Of a stretch of DNA of 64,000 nt, positions 8,292 to 17,820 are shown piece after piece. Position 1 is the stretch's first letter. Every line of letters starts with the position of its first letter. The stretch spans positions 2,888,577-2,952,576 of the forward strand of contig OY969815.1 of the NCBI GenBank assembly GCA_963703365.1, read 5' to 3'. The translations under genes were made by a program, and so were the position numbers. Below the pieces are notes generated by a model. That model did no database searches and was not told where the DNA came from. It saw only the letters and a program-made list of their open reading frames with translations. The stretch is from an uncultured Bacteroidota bacterium (lineage in GTDB: Bacteria; Bacteroidota; Ignavibacteria; Kryptoniales; JAKASW01).

Positions 8292-11288
8292 CTATGGCTG
8301 TGGTTGATATGTTTGGGAATTCTGAATAACGCCTGCAGCATAACCTGTTTTCGAGTTCCATCCATTGTACATCTGCAAAAATGCGTTATCATATCCGACG
8401 CTCCAGTTGGTTGTGCCATCAGGGTTTTCGTTCAGTATTTTCTGAAGCAAGAAAAGCTGATGCTTCATGGCAAATGGAAAGAAAACACTGTCCACATTAA
8501 GGTTTTCAGGCACGTGGTGATTGTCTTCTACATATCCACGATCAAGTGTTGTGGGATACATCATCTGCATCAACCCGTAGGAGCTGGCAATCCTTGTCTG
8601 AGCTACGATATTTTCAAGCCCCTTGGTTCCATTTTTTACCCCGCCATTCCACTGGTCGCGAAGATACGTGGTAATCGAATTAAGTGCGTTTGCGATATCA
8701 TCAGAGCTTGGTGATGGCTTATCCCCTTGGAAATGGTTCAAGATGGAATTATAAATTCTCTGAACTGTAACATACCCATACCTTGCAAAGTCCATTGTGC
8801 CATCCGGATTTCTCTTCCCGTATAATATAACCCCGCCCGGCTCAGATGGGCTTGTAAGCTGCGAATACTGGCTAACCATATACCAAACTTTCTCAGGGGA
8901 ACTGGGGTAAGGAATATATTGAGTATGCTGATGGTATGGAACAGGATCACCCGATCCCATATTTGTCGTCACATAGAATGGGCTGTTAGACCACGAGTCT
9001 GGTAATTGTTTGGGCGTTCGACCATTAAATTGCGTGGTAAAAGGTTCATACCTATACTGCGGCGGGTAGCCCAGCCCCGTGACTGGCTTGGATTCACTCG
9101 CGATTTGTCCTCTGATGTCCTGAGGCGGGATGCCATAAAGTCCTCCATTCACGATGCAGATAGAGTCAATGTCAGGGCGATTGTTAAAAACATCGATGGA
9201 ATAGCGCCATGGGTCGCTTGTGCCGAGGCTACTCGGTTTCTTCACCTCTATATCGATGCTCCCTGTTGCCGAGCCGGAAGACGCCGTCAGCAGAACTTTA
9301 TATGTGGTGCCTTGTTGCCAATATCTTCCAACAAGTCGAATCAACCCTGCAGGTAGAGGATTTCCATCCTCATCTTTGTATTCCCAATAAGCTCCCAACC
9401 TATCTCCTGACTCGGCTTGCACTGAAAACTGTGCATTCACCCTATCACTACTTGCTTGGCCCGGATCGGTGAGCTCTTTGATATCCAGCTTCGATGGATC
9501 GTTCGCGTCTGCCATCGCCTCATAATACTTTGTTTCACCGAGAAGAATTGTATGCCCCTCTATCACCACTTCACCGATGCCAAAATTACTCCACGAAAAG
9601 CTGTTCACATCAGAGACCGATTTAGTATTCCCCTTTCCCACGGACGAGACTACTGACATTGTGGGTGACTTAACGCCAGGGCTTTGAGCACGAGGAGTCG
9701 TTACCGTTGATTTCATCCCGCCTTGCAGAGAAGTCTTTGATATCGTATTGGTTGTCAAAGACTTCTGAAGCACCGTAGTCGCACTCTTCTCACCTGTTCC
9801 TTTTCCGCCCGGCTCAGTTGAACTTAACATTGGCGGCCGCGTTCCTACCCTTACCATTGCAACTACTGAATCAGCATCGACGCTATCTGCGGCTATAAAT
9901 CTGAATGGCTGTGAGACATTAGAAAAATACCCCCCAACGCGGCCATCCGATAACAGTATTGCTCCGTAATTCTCTCCACTCGATATCCCAATCTCAAACT
10001 TTTGGCCGGACGAAAAATCGGTCAAGCTGGCGTCTGCATTTCTCTGCTTTACAATAATTGCCACAGTGTCGCCGGGGGAAGCTACCGATGGAGTATCTGT
10101 CACAATCACAGGTGCCGGCAAGACCTGATCTACACCATAGAGGGGTTTGACGTTCTGCCCAGGCACTGCAATCTCTATCTGTATGTTTGTCGGTTGCTGC
10201 GGATCTTCACCATCCGCAATGTATTCGAATTCCCCGTAAGAAAGTGAGCCCCATTCAATGTCCGTCAGTACTTTTCCCTTCATGATTCCAGCTTGCAAAG
10301 TGCCATATTTCATTCCGGCACTGTCAAGCGTTATATCGATGAGGGTAGAATCCGGAATCGTTACGGGAAGATCATAAATATTCCCGGGTTCCAATCCAAT
10401 CCCTTCCTCATCCAGATGTTGGAGAGAACCCGAAGGAACTGATAGGAAATGATCAAAGTACGGCGGTTCAAGGAAGATCGAATTTTCGCTTGTCAAAGTC
10501 CCACTTTGTGCTTGAACTACTATCGAATCACCCAGTGAATCCACCGCTCCTAACCCATCGGCATCGAGCCAAAAGTCGCCTATGCTATCACCAACAGTCG
10601 TAACCGTAGCTCCCAACCCGACATCAACTCCCGTTTGTGAATCCAACCTGTGGAACGATACGTACTGACTACCGGAAACAATAGTCAACGTAACAGGGTC
10701 GGTGTGAGATGACCATGCTGTCGTGCTGCTATCGTCGTAACCCTGTAAGGCGACACTCGCACTCGTGGAGTATCCCTGCATAAGATAACCATAGTTATTA
10801 CTAAGGAGAAGATTAAACTTCGAGAAATAAGGAGTTGCAAAAGCCGCCTCCAAACCAACCATCGAGATCCATGTGCTATCCTCACCCGACTGACCCGAGC
10901 CGCACAAACTCCCCCACGGGTCAGTACCATCGTAATAATAGCTGAAACAGTTGCCCAGGTCAAACGAATGATACAGAGCCAAATACCCCTCATTAATACA
11001 CGGCGTAAAATAATACACACCAGCAACAGGAGACTGGATCTCGCCACTAACAGAGCCGACCGATGAAAAGACCTTGAAATAATTAGGCCCGCTGACTACA
11101 ACTATCGCATCATACGTCGAGTCCTGTAAAGAGAGAGTAAAGCTCAGCACGTGATTATTAGTTCCTCCCACCTCCACTTTTTTCGCCCGACCAGGCGCTA
11201 TCGTTGCGCTCTCCTTGATATGCACCTGCGCTAAAACTGCACTCGTCATTAGAAAGGTAATCGCAAAAACCGCTCCAGCCCTTTTCAT
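8292..11288 (-). CDS. 998-aa secreted protein with a Ser/Thr-rich linker and C-terminal lytic-transglycosylase-like motifs
   Basis: It has a signal peptide. The C-terminal third carries QIASES ... SYGLMQMMYP ... MYNGWN, matching the SLT motif order ES / GLMQ / YNxG. The ES-to-GLMQ spacing is unusually long. Confidence 0.55.
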   Translation of the reverse strand: MKRAGAVFAITFLMTSAVLAQVHIKESATIAPGRAKKVEVGGTNNHVLSFTLSLQDSTYDAIVVVSGPNYFKVFSSVGSVSGEIQSPVAGVYYFTPCINEGYLALYHSFDLGNCFSYYYDGTDPWGSLCGSGQSGEDSTWISMVGLEAAFATPYFSKFNLLLSNNYGYLMQGYSTSASVALQGYDDSSTTAWSSHTDPVTLTIVSGSQYVSFHRLDSQTGVDVGLGATVTTVGDSIGDFWLDADGLGAVDSLGDSIVVQAQSGTLTSENSIFLEPPYFDHFLSVPSGSLQHLDEEGIGLEPGNIYDLPVTIPDSTLIDITLDSAGMKYGTLQAGIMKGKVLTDIEWGSLSYGEFEYIADGEDPQQPTNIQIEIAVPGQNVKPLYGVDQVLPAPVIVTDTPSVASPGDTVAIIVKQRNADASLTDFSSGQKFEIGISSGENYGAILLSDGRVGGYFSNVSQPFRFIAADSVDADSVVAMVRVGTRPPMLSSTEPGGKGTGEKSATTVLQKSLTTNTISKTSLQGGMKSTVTTPRAQSPGVKSPTMSVVSSVGKGNTKSVSDVNSFSWSNFGIGEVVIEGHTILLGETKYYEAMADANDPSKLDIKELTDPGQASSDRVNAQFSVQAESGDRLGAYWEYKDEDGNPLPAGLIRLVGRYWQQGTTYKVLLTASSGSATGSIDIEVKKPSSLGTSDPWRYSIDVFNNRPDIDSICIVNGGLYGIPPQDIRGQIASESKPVTGLGYPPQYRYEPFTTQFNGRTPKQLPDSWSNSPFYVTTNMGSGDPVPYHQHTQYIPYPSSPEKVWYMVSQYSQLTSPSEPGGVILYGKRNPDGTMDFARYGYVTVQRIYNSILNHFQGDKPSPSSDDIANALNSITTYLRDQWNGGVKNGTKGLENIVAQTRIASSYGLMQMMYPTTLDRGYVEDNHHVPENLNVDSVFFPFAMKHQLFLLQKILNENPDGTTNWSVGYDNAFLQMYNGWNSKTGYAAGVIQNSQTYQPQP

Positions 11289-11353
11289 CGCACAACCCTC
11301 TTTTATGTTGATTTATCTTGTTAAACTAAGTCAACTGAACCATAGGCTCATCT

Positions 11354-11379
11354 GCGCTGAAGGCGCATCAGCCTCTGGC
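11354..11379 (+). repeat. 26-nt palindromic element, copy 2 (intergenic, degenerate left arm)
   Basis: GCGCTGAAGGCGCATCAGCCTCTGGC, upstream of the minus-strand 998-aa gene. Confidence 0.7.
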
Positions 11380-11626
11380 CGAAGCCTAAGGCTGAAAAAA
11401 CCACCTTAATATTGGTGCTTGGGAAGCTCTCTTTTTACAATAACATAAGAAGGAATGAATGTCAATAGGAACACACAAAAATGTTTGTCCACGTGAACTC
11501 CATCACACAGGGAACTTTTTGCTCGAAAGTCGGAAACACATTAAAAGATTCGTTGCATGTAGTCGGCATAAAATCTAAAAAAGGGAAAAGCGGAAGGACA
11601 ACCCTAAACAACCCAGCGCTCACAAT

Positions 11627-11668
11627 TAGCTATGATCTGATTACTTATTCAGCTTCCAGCTTCAGATT
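11627..11668. repeat. Weak heptamer-periodic array
   Basis: TAGCTAT GATCTGA TTACTTA TTCAGCT TCCAGCT TCAGATT. Only some units match the family. Confidence 0.35.
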
Positions 11669-11724
11669 TTCGTTGTTATATTATTACGATACAAAATCAT
11701 TCGCCAATAAAATCGGGATTTTAA

Positions 11725-12213
11725 ATGCTTATGTTTCAACAGACCATCGACGCATCTAAGGTAATACAGCTCATGGTCGCGCCGGCAGTGATGATTAGCG
11801 CGTGCGGGCTTCTAATCCTAGGTGCGAACAATAAATATTCAAATGTCCTGAACAGGATACGTCTCATCAACGACGAGAAGCGCCGCCTTGTCATAAGAAC
11901 GGCGGATCATAAAGCTACACCGGAGGAAGACCTTCGTCTCGAGAGCACCGTGCGACAATTGAATCATCTCCGCATTCGCGCAAAAATGGTGAGAAATTCA
12001 GTTATGAGCTACACAATCGGTGCAGCACTTTTCGTGATCAGTTCGCTTCTGATAGGGCTCGCGCTGTTTCAAGGATTTGTCGAGATACATTACGTCTCGA
12101 CTGCAGTATTTCTACTCGGGATGATAATGGTATTTGTCGGTGTCATATTCGGGTTACTCGAATCGAAAAAAGGCTATGAGATTGTTCAGCTTGAAATAAG
12201 TGCGGAAGAATAA
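11725..12213 (+). CDS. DUF2721-like small membrane protein
   Basis: The N-terminal segment QLMVAPAVMISACGLLILGANNKYSNVLNRIRLIN and two C-terminal TM helices match my recollection of the DUF2721 architecture. Confidence 0.55.
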   Translation: MLMFQQTIDASKVIQLMVAPAVMISACGLLILGANNKYSNVLNRIRLINDEKRRLVIRTADHKATPEEDLRLESTVRQLNHLRIRAKMVRNSVMSYTIGAALFVISSLLIGLALFQGFVEIHYVSTAVFLLGMIMVFVGVIFGLLESKKGYEIVQLEISAEE

Positions 12214-12290
12214 GCCGAATAAATTCTCGAAGATAGCCAGCAATTCATTTCGTTTTTTTGTAAATATAGATTAAAACTTAGGAGGCTCTA

Positions 12291-13004
12291 ATGGCAGCGG
12301 TAGTATTTGATATCGAGACCTCCGGTTTCTCGCCGGAAGTTTTCGACAGCGTGCAAATTGATTATTTGTTAAAAGGGGCTGAGAAGGAAGAAAACGAGGA
12401 GAAACGGCAGCATGTGAGAGATGAGCTGATAAAGCAATTGAATCTCTGGCCGCTGACCGCACAAGTCGTAGCGATTGCACTCCTTAATGTGGAATCGGGG
12501 AACGGCATTTCGCTTTACATCTCAGATAAAGAATCCGAAACGGAAAAAAAGGACGGTGAGAGAATTTTCACTTACATAAGTGGAGACGAAAAGAAGGTAC
12601 TAGAAAAATTCTGGGAATATATAACTCGGTTCGATGATTTTGTTACGTTTAACGGCAGAAGCTTCGATTGTCCATTCCTAATGCTTCGCTCGGCCCTGTT
12701 AGGTATTAGGCCGTCGCGTGATCTTATGATCGGAACGCGATATCAAACGCCGCATCACACCGACCTGTTGGAGGAACTGACTTATCATGGCACGACGCGG
12801 AAGTTCAATTTAGATTTCTATTGCAAAAGTTTCGGAATCGAAAGCCCCAAGTCTCACGGCATCACCGGCTATGACATCAACGATTATTTCAGGACGAAAC
12901 GATATACCGAAATTGCCGATTACTGCCTGGGCGATGTCATGGCAACCGCACAGCTATACAAAAAATGGAAGGATTTATTGTCCGGAATAAAATGGCAGGG
13001 TTGA
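12291..13004 (+). CDS. DEDDy-type 3'-5' exonuclease (PolB-exonuclease-like / RNase H fold)
   Basis: Exo I motif VVFDIETSG, Exo II FNGRSFDCPFL, Exo III YCLGDVMAT. The ORF overlaps the downstream helicase-nuclease gene. Confidence 0.65.
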   Translation: MAAVVFDIETSGFSPEVFDSVQIDYLLKGAEKEENEEKRQHVRDELIKQLNLWPLTAQVVAIALLNVESGNGISLYISDKESETEKKDGERIFTYISGDEKKVLEKFWEYITRFDDFVTFNGRSFDCPFLMLRSALLGIRPSRDLMIGTRYQTPHHTDLLEELTYHGTTRKFNLDFYCKSFGIESPKSHGITGYDINDYFRTKRYTEIADYCLGDVMATAQLYKKWKDLLSGIKWQG

Positions 13005-16000
13005 CGGATCAGCAAAAGAAAGCACTCACACTCGACAAGCATATTTCAGTCACGGCAAATGCCGGCTCAGGTAAAACGCGGGTACTCGTCGAAAGATATG
13101 TCGAGGCAATAAAAAGCGGCAGTACAGTCGAAGAAATACTCTGTCTGACGTTCACCGAAAAAGCCGCTCTTGAGCTTCGGCAAAAAATAATCGAACGGAT
13201 CAATACCGAATTTTTTCTCGCAAAGAGAACTGGTGGTGATTTGAACCATCTCTCTTTATTGCGAAACGCAAAAGCCAATATGCTGGAAGCAAACATCAGC
13301 ACTATTCATTCATTCTGCTCGCAGGTGCTGCGAGAGTTTCCGATTGAGGCGGGCGTCGATGCGAACTTCAAAGTGCTTGAAGATTTCGACGCGGCCATTC
13401 TGAAGGAAGAAGCTTGCGACAAAGCAGTGAGGGAAGCGCTTGCTGAAGAACGTGCCCGCCATGGTAAATTTTACAACTTTCTCGTGCGAGTCGGATACAA
13501 ACGAACGCTTCAGCTATTGAGTGATCTTTTGGATAGCAGGGAAAAAATCGAGCATATAAATATTACGGGCCATACTCTTCTGATGAATGAGAATGTCGTT
13601 CGAGAACATTGGAAAAATCTGTCGGAGGCTGTGCTAAAAGCTGCGCAAGAAAATGTCAGGATGAGAAAAGAGAATCTCGACTTAAATAAATTGAGAGATT
13701 TGCTAAAATCAAATGATACTGATCTCAAAGATGTTTTGGGCCAATTAGGCATTTTTCTTCGCGGAATACTAACAAATGATGGTACACCTCGCAAGAAAGA
13801 AGTGGAGAAGATAGTCGATGGGGAAACCTTTTCATCGGAGACTGTTGTCACTATTCTTGGGACGGCATTCGAGTCTTTAAAATATTTTTCTCCAAACTCT
13901 CTTTCTTCAGCCAAATATTTTTCTCTTCTCGGGGTTCTCATTTCTTTGTATGAGAAAACCGCCGCCGATTACTCGCGCAAAAAATTTTCAATGAGCGCAT
14001 TGGACTTTGACGATCTGCAAATCCGGACGATGAGGCTTATACGTGAAAATGAAAACGTGCGTATAGCGCTGACCTCACGCTTCAAACATATCATGGTCGA
14101 TGAATTTCAAGACACTAACTTTCTTCAATACGACATATTCCTGAGCCTGCTCAATAATTTCGGAGGCGATGCGCGGCTGTTTGTCGTCGGCGATCCAAAA
14201 CAATCCATTTACAGATTTCGGAACGCGCAGGTCGAAGTCTCCCGCAAAACAGAAAAGGATTTGTCGGAACGTTCCGATGCGGTCGCACTGCCGCTTGTCG
14301 AGAGTTTCCGCATGAACCCAGAGCTTGCTTCATTTGTCAATGAGATTTTCTCCAAAGTTATGACACGAGACCATGTCTTAGATATTGTTGGCTTTTCATC
14401 GATCAATAGAACCGAATACAAAGCTCTTGTGCCGCGGCGGCAAAATGGAATTGATCCCGCGATTGAGATTTTTGTTGCGCAAAAGTCGAAGATCCAGCAC
14501 GCGGGGGAAACCCATGATGAAAACTCCGGCGATTCCAGCGACAACGAAGTGAGCACCGGTGAGTTGCAGGCATTGTTCACCGCTTCACGGATCCGCAAAA
14601 TGGTCGACGACAGCGAAACAATAAACGATGTCAAAAAGAGCGAGCAGCCGAGAGAAATAAAATACGGCGACGTAGCTATTCTCTTGAGAAGCCGCGCGAA
14701 ACTAACTTTGCTCGAAGAAGCGCTCAGCGAGATGGGTGTTCCTTACGTCGTGACGTCGGGAATTGGATTTTATTCCGCGCAGGAAATTTTTGATCTTACG
14801 AATTATCTGACTTTTCTTCTCGACAATAATTCAGACATTGCCTTGCTGACTGTTCTCCGGGCTCCGTTCTTCGGAATTTCCGAGAATGAATTATACCAGA
14901 GTTCGATGTACAAGGGAGAGACTCTCTTTGAGAAATTTCGGAGTCTCGCTCAATCGGAAAAAGCTTCCGATGAAGTCAAGTATGCTATTTCGGTTCTCGA
15001 CGATGAGATCCAGCTTGCACACAGGCTTACGATTCCGCAGCTTGTGAATCGCATTCTTGATCGAACCGGATGGCTCGGTGCTTACAGGCTGTCGCCAACC
15101 GGAGGTCAACGGATCGCGAACATGAGAAAGCTTCTAAACATTGCGCGCGAATTTGAAAATCGCGGTTTCAGTCACCTTTATGATTTTGTGGAGCGGATAA
15201 AAAATCTAAAAGATGCTCGCGAGGGCCAAGCGCCTACCGAGGATACAGTCGATGCGGTGAAAATCATGACGGTTCACGCAGCGAAAGGGCTCGAATTCCC
15301 GGTCGTCGTCGTACCGTTCTGCGACGCAACGACCAATAGGCGGCAAAGCATGATAATTAATGATCAAGTCGGAGTTCTTCCCTTCATCCCAAACGAAGTG
15401 CCTGCGGAGCTTTCGCTCTATCAAAAATTTGAGAGCGAAAATGATCAAGCCGAGATTGCACGCCTGTTTTATGTCGCCTGCACTCGCGCGATGGATAAAT
15501 TAATCCTGACGACTTCGGCAAAGAAATCGAAATCTATAAACTCGTTCGGTGAAATATTGAATAAAACTTTTGATCTCTCCACTGTACCGTCATCCGGCTA
15601 TTATGAATATCCCGATGGAAAAATTAGGGCATTCACTGAAATTCCTGCGGTGCACGGTGAAGTCGAAGAACCAACACTCGGGAAAGCGGAGTCGATCGCG
15701 ATGCCCAAGACAAAAGTTCAGATCGGCAAAATTTTTCTCGACCCGATTCCAGCGGACATAGATGGTGAAATCTATTCGGCGACACTATTGCAAACTTTCA
15801 AACTGTGTCCGACGAAATATTTCCTCAGATACCGTCTCGGGATGCCATCGCCGGATTCTGCGGAGAGAATCGTGTTCAACGAGTTTGCGGAATATGACGA
15901 CTCCATTCTTTCGACGGTCCGGGGCAAATTGATTCATTCGGTCCTGCAGAGTCTGATTTCGGAAGGAAGAACCGATGATGCATTTATAAATGAAATTGGG

Positions 16001-16666
16001 GAGCGAACGGTAAGCTCCCGCTTCGGCAAAATTATCACCGATGAACAAACCGAGAAACTGCTGGCGCAGATCGTGGAGAATGCCGGGAACGCCGTTGCCA
16101 CATTACACAAAATTATCCCGGGCATTGCCGGCAGTAGAATTTATACTGAACAAACCATAACGAGAAAGTTCGGATATGATTTTTTGACGGGCACTCTCGA
16201 TCTATTGGTCAAAAATGAAAATGGTTTTCATGTTTTCGATTACAAGACCAACCGACTCGACAAAGGGATCGACAAGATTTACTCCGACTATGAAATCCAG
16301 ATGAAACTTTACGCCTCACTCTGCAGCAAGCTTGCCCTGAGCCAAAACCCGGAGCAAGACGAAGGGTCAGTCGAAGGGCTTCTCATGGGCGGAGTTGGCG
16401 GATTAAATCAAGACGCATTTGATGTTACGATCATTTTCACGCGCGAAGCCGGAAAGCATTTGATGAGAAGCTATTCGAGAAAAGAGCTTGAAGACTTTGA
16501 GAGTGAACTTGAGACGACGCTTCGGAAAATAAAGTCAATAGAACCTGTCGGTGGCCTTTATCCTCCGGCGGGCGGCGATAATTTGCCGACATCGACGCCA
16601 CACTGTCCAGAGTGCGAATACTTTGTCGGCGAATCTGGAAAAGAATGCCTGATGAAGAGGAAATAA
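12992..16666 (+). CDS. AddA/UvrD-like helicase fused to a PD-(D/E)XK nuclease with Cas4/AddB-type four-Cys cluster
   Basis: Walker A NAGSGKTRVL; MVDEFQDTN; helicase motif VI region YVACTRAMDKL. Nuclease motifs LDLLV...FDYKT and QMKLYA. The cysteines are arranged as C (LCPTKY) plus C-terminal HCPECEYFVGESGKEC. I took the ATG at 12992 as the start; the track ORF starts at 12965. Confidence 0.8.
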   Translation: MAGLTDQQKKALTLDKHISVTANAGSGKTRVLVERYVEAIKSGSTVEEILCLTFTEKAALELRQKIIERINTEFFLAKRTGGDLNHLSLLRNAKANMLEANISTIHSFCSQVLREFPIEAGVDANFKVLEDFDAAILKEEACDKAVREALAEERARHGKFYNFLVRVGYKRTLQLLSDLLDSREKIEHINITGHTLLMNENVVREHWKNLSEAVLKAAQENVRMRKENLDLNKLRDLLKSNDTDLKDVLGQLGIFLRGILTNDGTPRKKEVEKIVDGETFSSETVVTILGTAFESLKYFSPNSLSSAKYFSLLGVLISLYEKTAADYSRKKFSMSALDFDDLQIRTMRLIRENENVRIALTSRFKHIMVDEFQDTNFLQYDIFLSLLNNFGGDARLFVVGDPKQSIYRFRNAQVEVSRKTEKDLSERSDAVALPLVESFRMNPELASFVNEIFSKVMTRDHVLDIVGFSSINRTEYKALVPRRQNGIDPAIEIFVAQKSKIQHAGETHDENSGDSSDNEVSTGELQALFTASRIRKMVDDSETINDVKKSEQPREIKYGDVAILLRSRAKLTLLEEALSEMGVPYVVTSGIGFYSAQEIFDLTNYLTFLLDNNSDIALLTVLRAPFFGISENELYQSSMYKGETLFEKFRSLAQSEKASDEVKYAISVLDDEIQLAHRLTIPQLVNRILDRTGWLGAYRLSPTGGQRIANMRKLLNIAREFENRGFSHLYDFVERIKNLKDAREGQAPTEDTVDAVKIMTVHAAKGLEFPVVVVPFCDATTNRRQSMIINDQVGVLPFIPNEVPAELSLYQKFESENDQAEIARLFYVACTRAMDKLILTTSAKKSKSINSFGEILNKTFDLSTVPSSGYYEYPDGKIRAFTEIPAVHGEVEEPTLGKAESIAMPKTKVQIGKIFLDPIPADIDGEIYSATLLQTFKLCPTKYFLRYRLGMPSPDSAERIVFNEFAEYDDSILSTVRGKLIHSVLQSLISEGRTDDAFINEIGERTVSSRFGKIITDEQTEKLLAQIVENAGNAVATLHKIIPGIAGSRIYTEQTITRKFGYDFLTGTLDLLVKNENGFHVFDYKTNRLDKGIDKIYSDYEIQMKLYASLCSKLALSQNPEQDEGSVEGLLMGGVGGLNQDAFDVTIIFTREAGKHLMRSYSRKELEDFESELETTLRKIKSIEPVGGLYPPAGGDNLPTSTPHCPECEYFVGESGKECLMKRK

Positions 16667-16818
16667 GTTCAGCGGCTTGTTCCATCCATCCATCCATGAT
16701 GCATCAGGTGCTCTGTTTAGCTGCTCATAAATGATCGCCGGTGAATTGCATGCGGCTAATGGAAGCATTCAATCGACGACTTGGCAATAACCGTATATCG
16801 AATTAGAAAAGGAAAACG

Positions 16819-17631
16819 ATGTCACAGTACATACACGGAACCAGCTCCGAAGAGCAGCAACGCCTTACTCTCCTAAATACTGTTCTTCTCAACGAAGCAT
16901 GCCTGAAAGAGCTGTCGCTTCTCGGCGGAGAAAGAATTCTCGATGTAGGAAGCGGATTAGGTCAATTCTCACGGGCGATGGCGAGAAAGTCGAAGACGAC
17001 CGTCCTCGGCATAGAAAGAAGCGAAGAGCAAATCGCCGAGGCGTTGCGTCAGGCGAAGAAAGATCGGGAGGAAGAGCTGGTGGAGTTTCGCAAAGGCGAC
17101 GCAAGGCAGCTTCCGCTGCGGGAGGAGGAGTGGGGAAGATTTGACGTTGCATACGCGCGATTTGTTCTCGAACATGTTCCTGATCCATTGAACGTGGTGA
17201 AGCAGATGGTACGGGCAGTCAAGAAAGGAGGACGAGTCGTTCTCGCAGATGACGATCATGACGTCCTTCGCCTGTACCCTGAAATACCGGAGTTTGCGGA
17301 TTTGTGGAGCGCATATATGCAAACTTACTCTGCACTCGGCAACGATCCGGTTGTCGGAAGAAAGCTCGTTTCCCTTCTGCACGAATCCGACGCGGTGCCG
17401 GTCCGCAACACATGGATCTTTTTCGGAAGCTGCTCCGGTGGTAAGCATTTCGATATCTACGTCGATAACTTGATCGGAGTCGTTGAAGGAGCAAAAGAGC
17501 AGATAGTGCGGCAAGGGCTGGTCGAAGAGAAAAGATTTGATCGGGTAATAGCGTCCTTTCGGAGTTGGCATAAACAACCCGACGCAACATTATGGTACGC
17601 CGTCTCCTGGGCGGAAGGGATAAAACGCTGA
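16819..17631 (+). CDS. Class I SAM-dependent methyltransferase
   Basis: Motif I ILDVGSGLGQF, followed by the acidic loop and the FDVAYARFVLEHV region. Confidence 0.8.
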   Translation: MSQYIHGTSSEEQQRLTLLNTVLLNEACLKELSLLGGERILDVGSGLGQFSRAMARKSKTTVLGIERSEEQIAEALRQAKKDREEELVEFRKGDARQLPLREEEWGRFDVAYARFVLEHVPDPLNVVKQMVRAVKKGGRVVLADDDHDVLRLYPEIPEFADLWSAYMQTYSALGNDPVVGRKLVSLLHESDAVPVRNTWIFFGSCSGGKHFDIYVDNLIGVVEGAKEQIVRQGLVEEKRFDRVIASFRSWHKQPDATLWYAVSWAEGIKR

Positions 17632-17688
17632 GTGGGGGATTAGAACCGGAGCTTTTTCGTGAAACAGCGGCTGAGATTGCATCCCAAA

Positions 17689-17723
17689 AGCTATTAGTCA
17701 TTACCTATGAGCTATCAGCTAAA
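17689..17723. repeat. Tandem heptamer array, five units
   Basis: AGCTATT AGTCATT ACCTATG AGCTATC AGCTAAA. The complement reads TAGCTGA TAGCTCA TAGGTAA TGACTAA TAGCT. Confidence 0.7.
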
Positions 17724-17727
17724 TCCG

Positions 17728-17756
17728 TTGACATTATAACATGGGACGGCTATATT
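17728..17756 (+). promoter_or_regulatory. Sigma-70-type promoter candidate for the S41 peptidase gene
   Basis: TTGACA, a 17-nt spacer, then TATATT. It lies 65 nt upstream of the ATG at 17821 and directly follows a heptamer array. Confidence 0.55.
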
Positions 17757-17820
17757 TTTTCAAGATGATAAAGGGCTGTTTGGAATTATCGAAGACAGGA
17801 ATAATTGCAGATCGGAAAAC

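Noticed and set aside
16681-16696. (TCCA)4 tetranucleotide microsatellite after the helicase-nuclease gene
   Set aside because: It is a real but very short simple repeat in a non-coding gap, and I can support no functional implication.
16969-17701. Antisense ORFs of 202 aa and 160 aa opposite the SAM methyltransferase gene
   Set aside because: Their translations are low-complexity and the sense ORF has clear methyltransferase motifs. I apply the same reasoning to 53354-54067 (-), 4268-4732 (-), 13510-13941 (-) and 22799-23305 (+).
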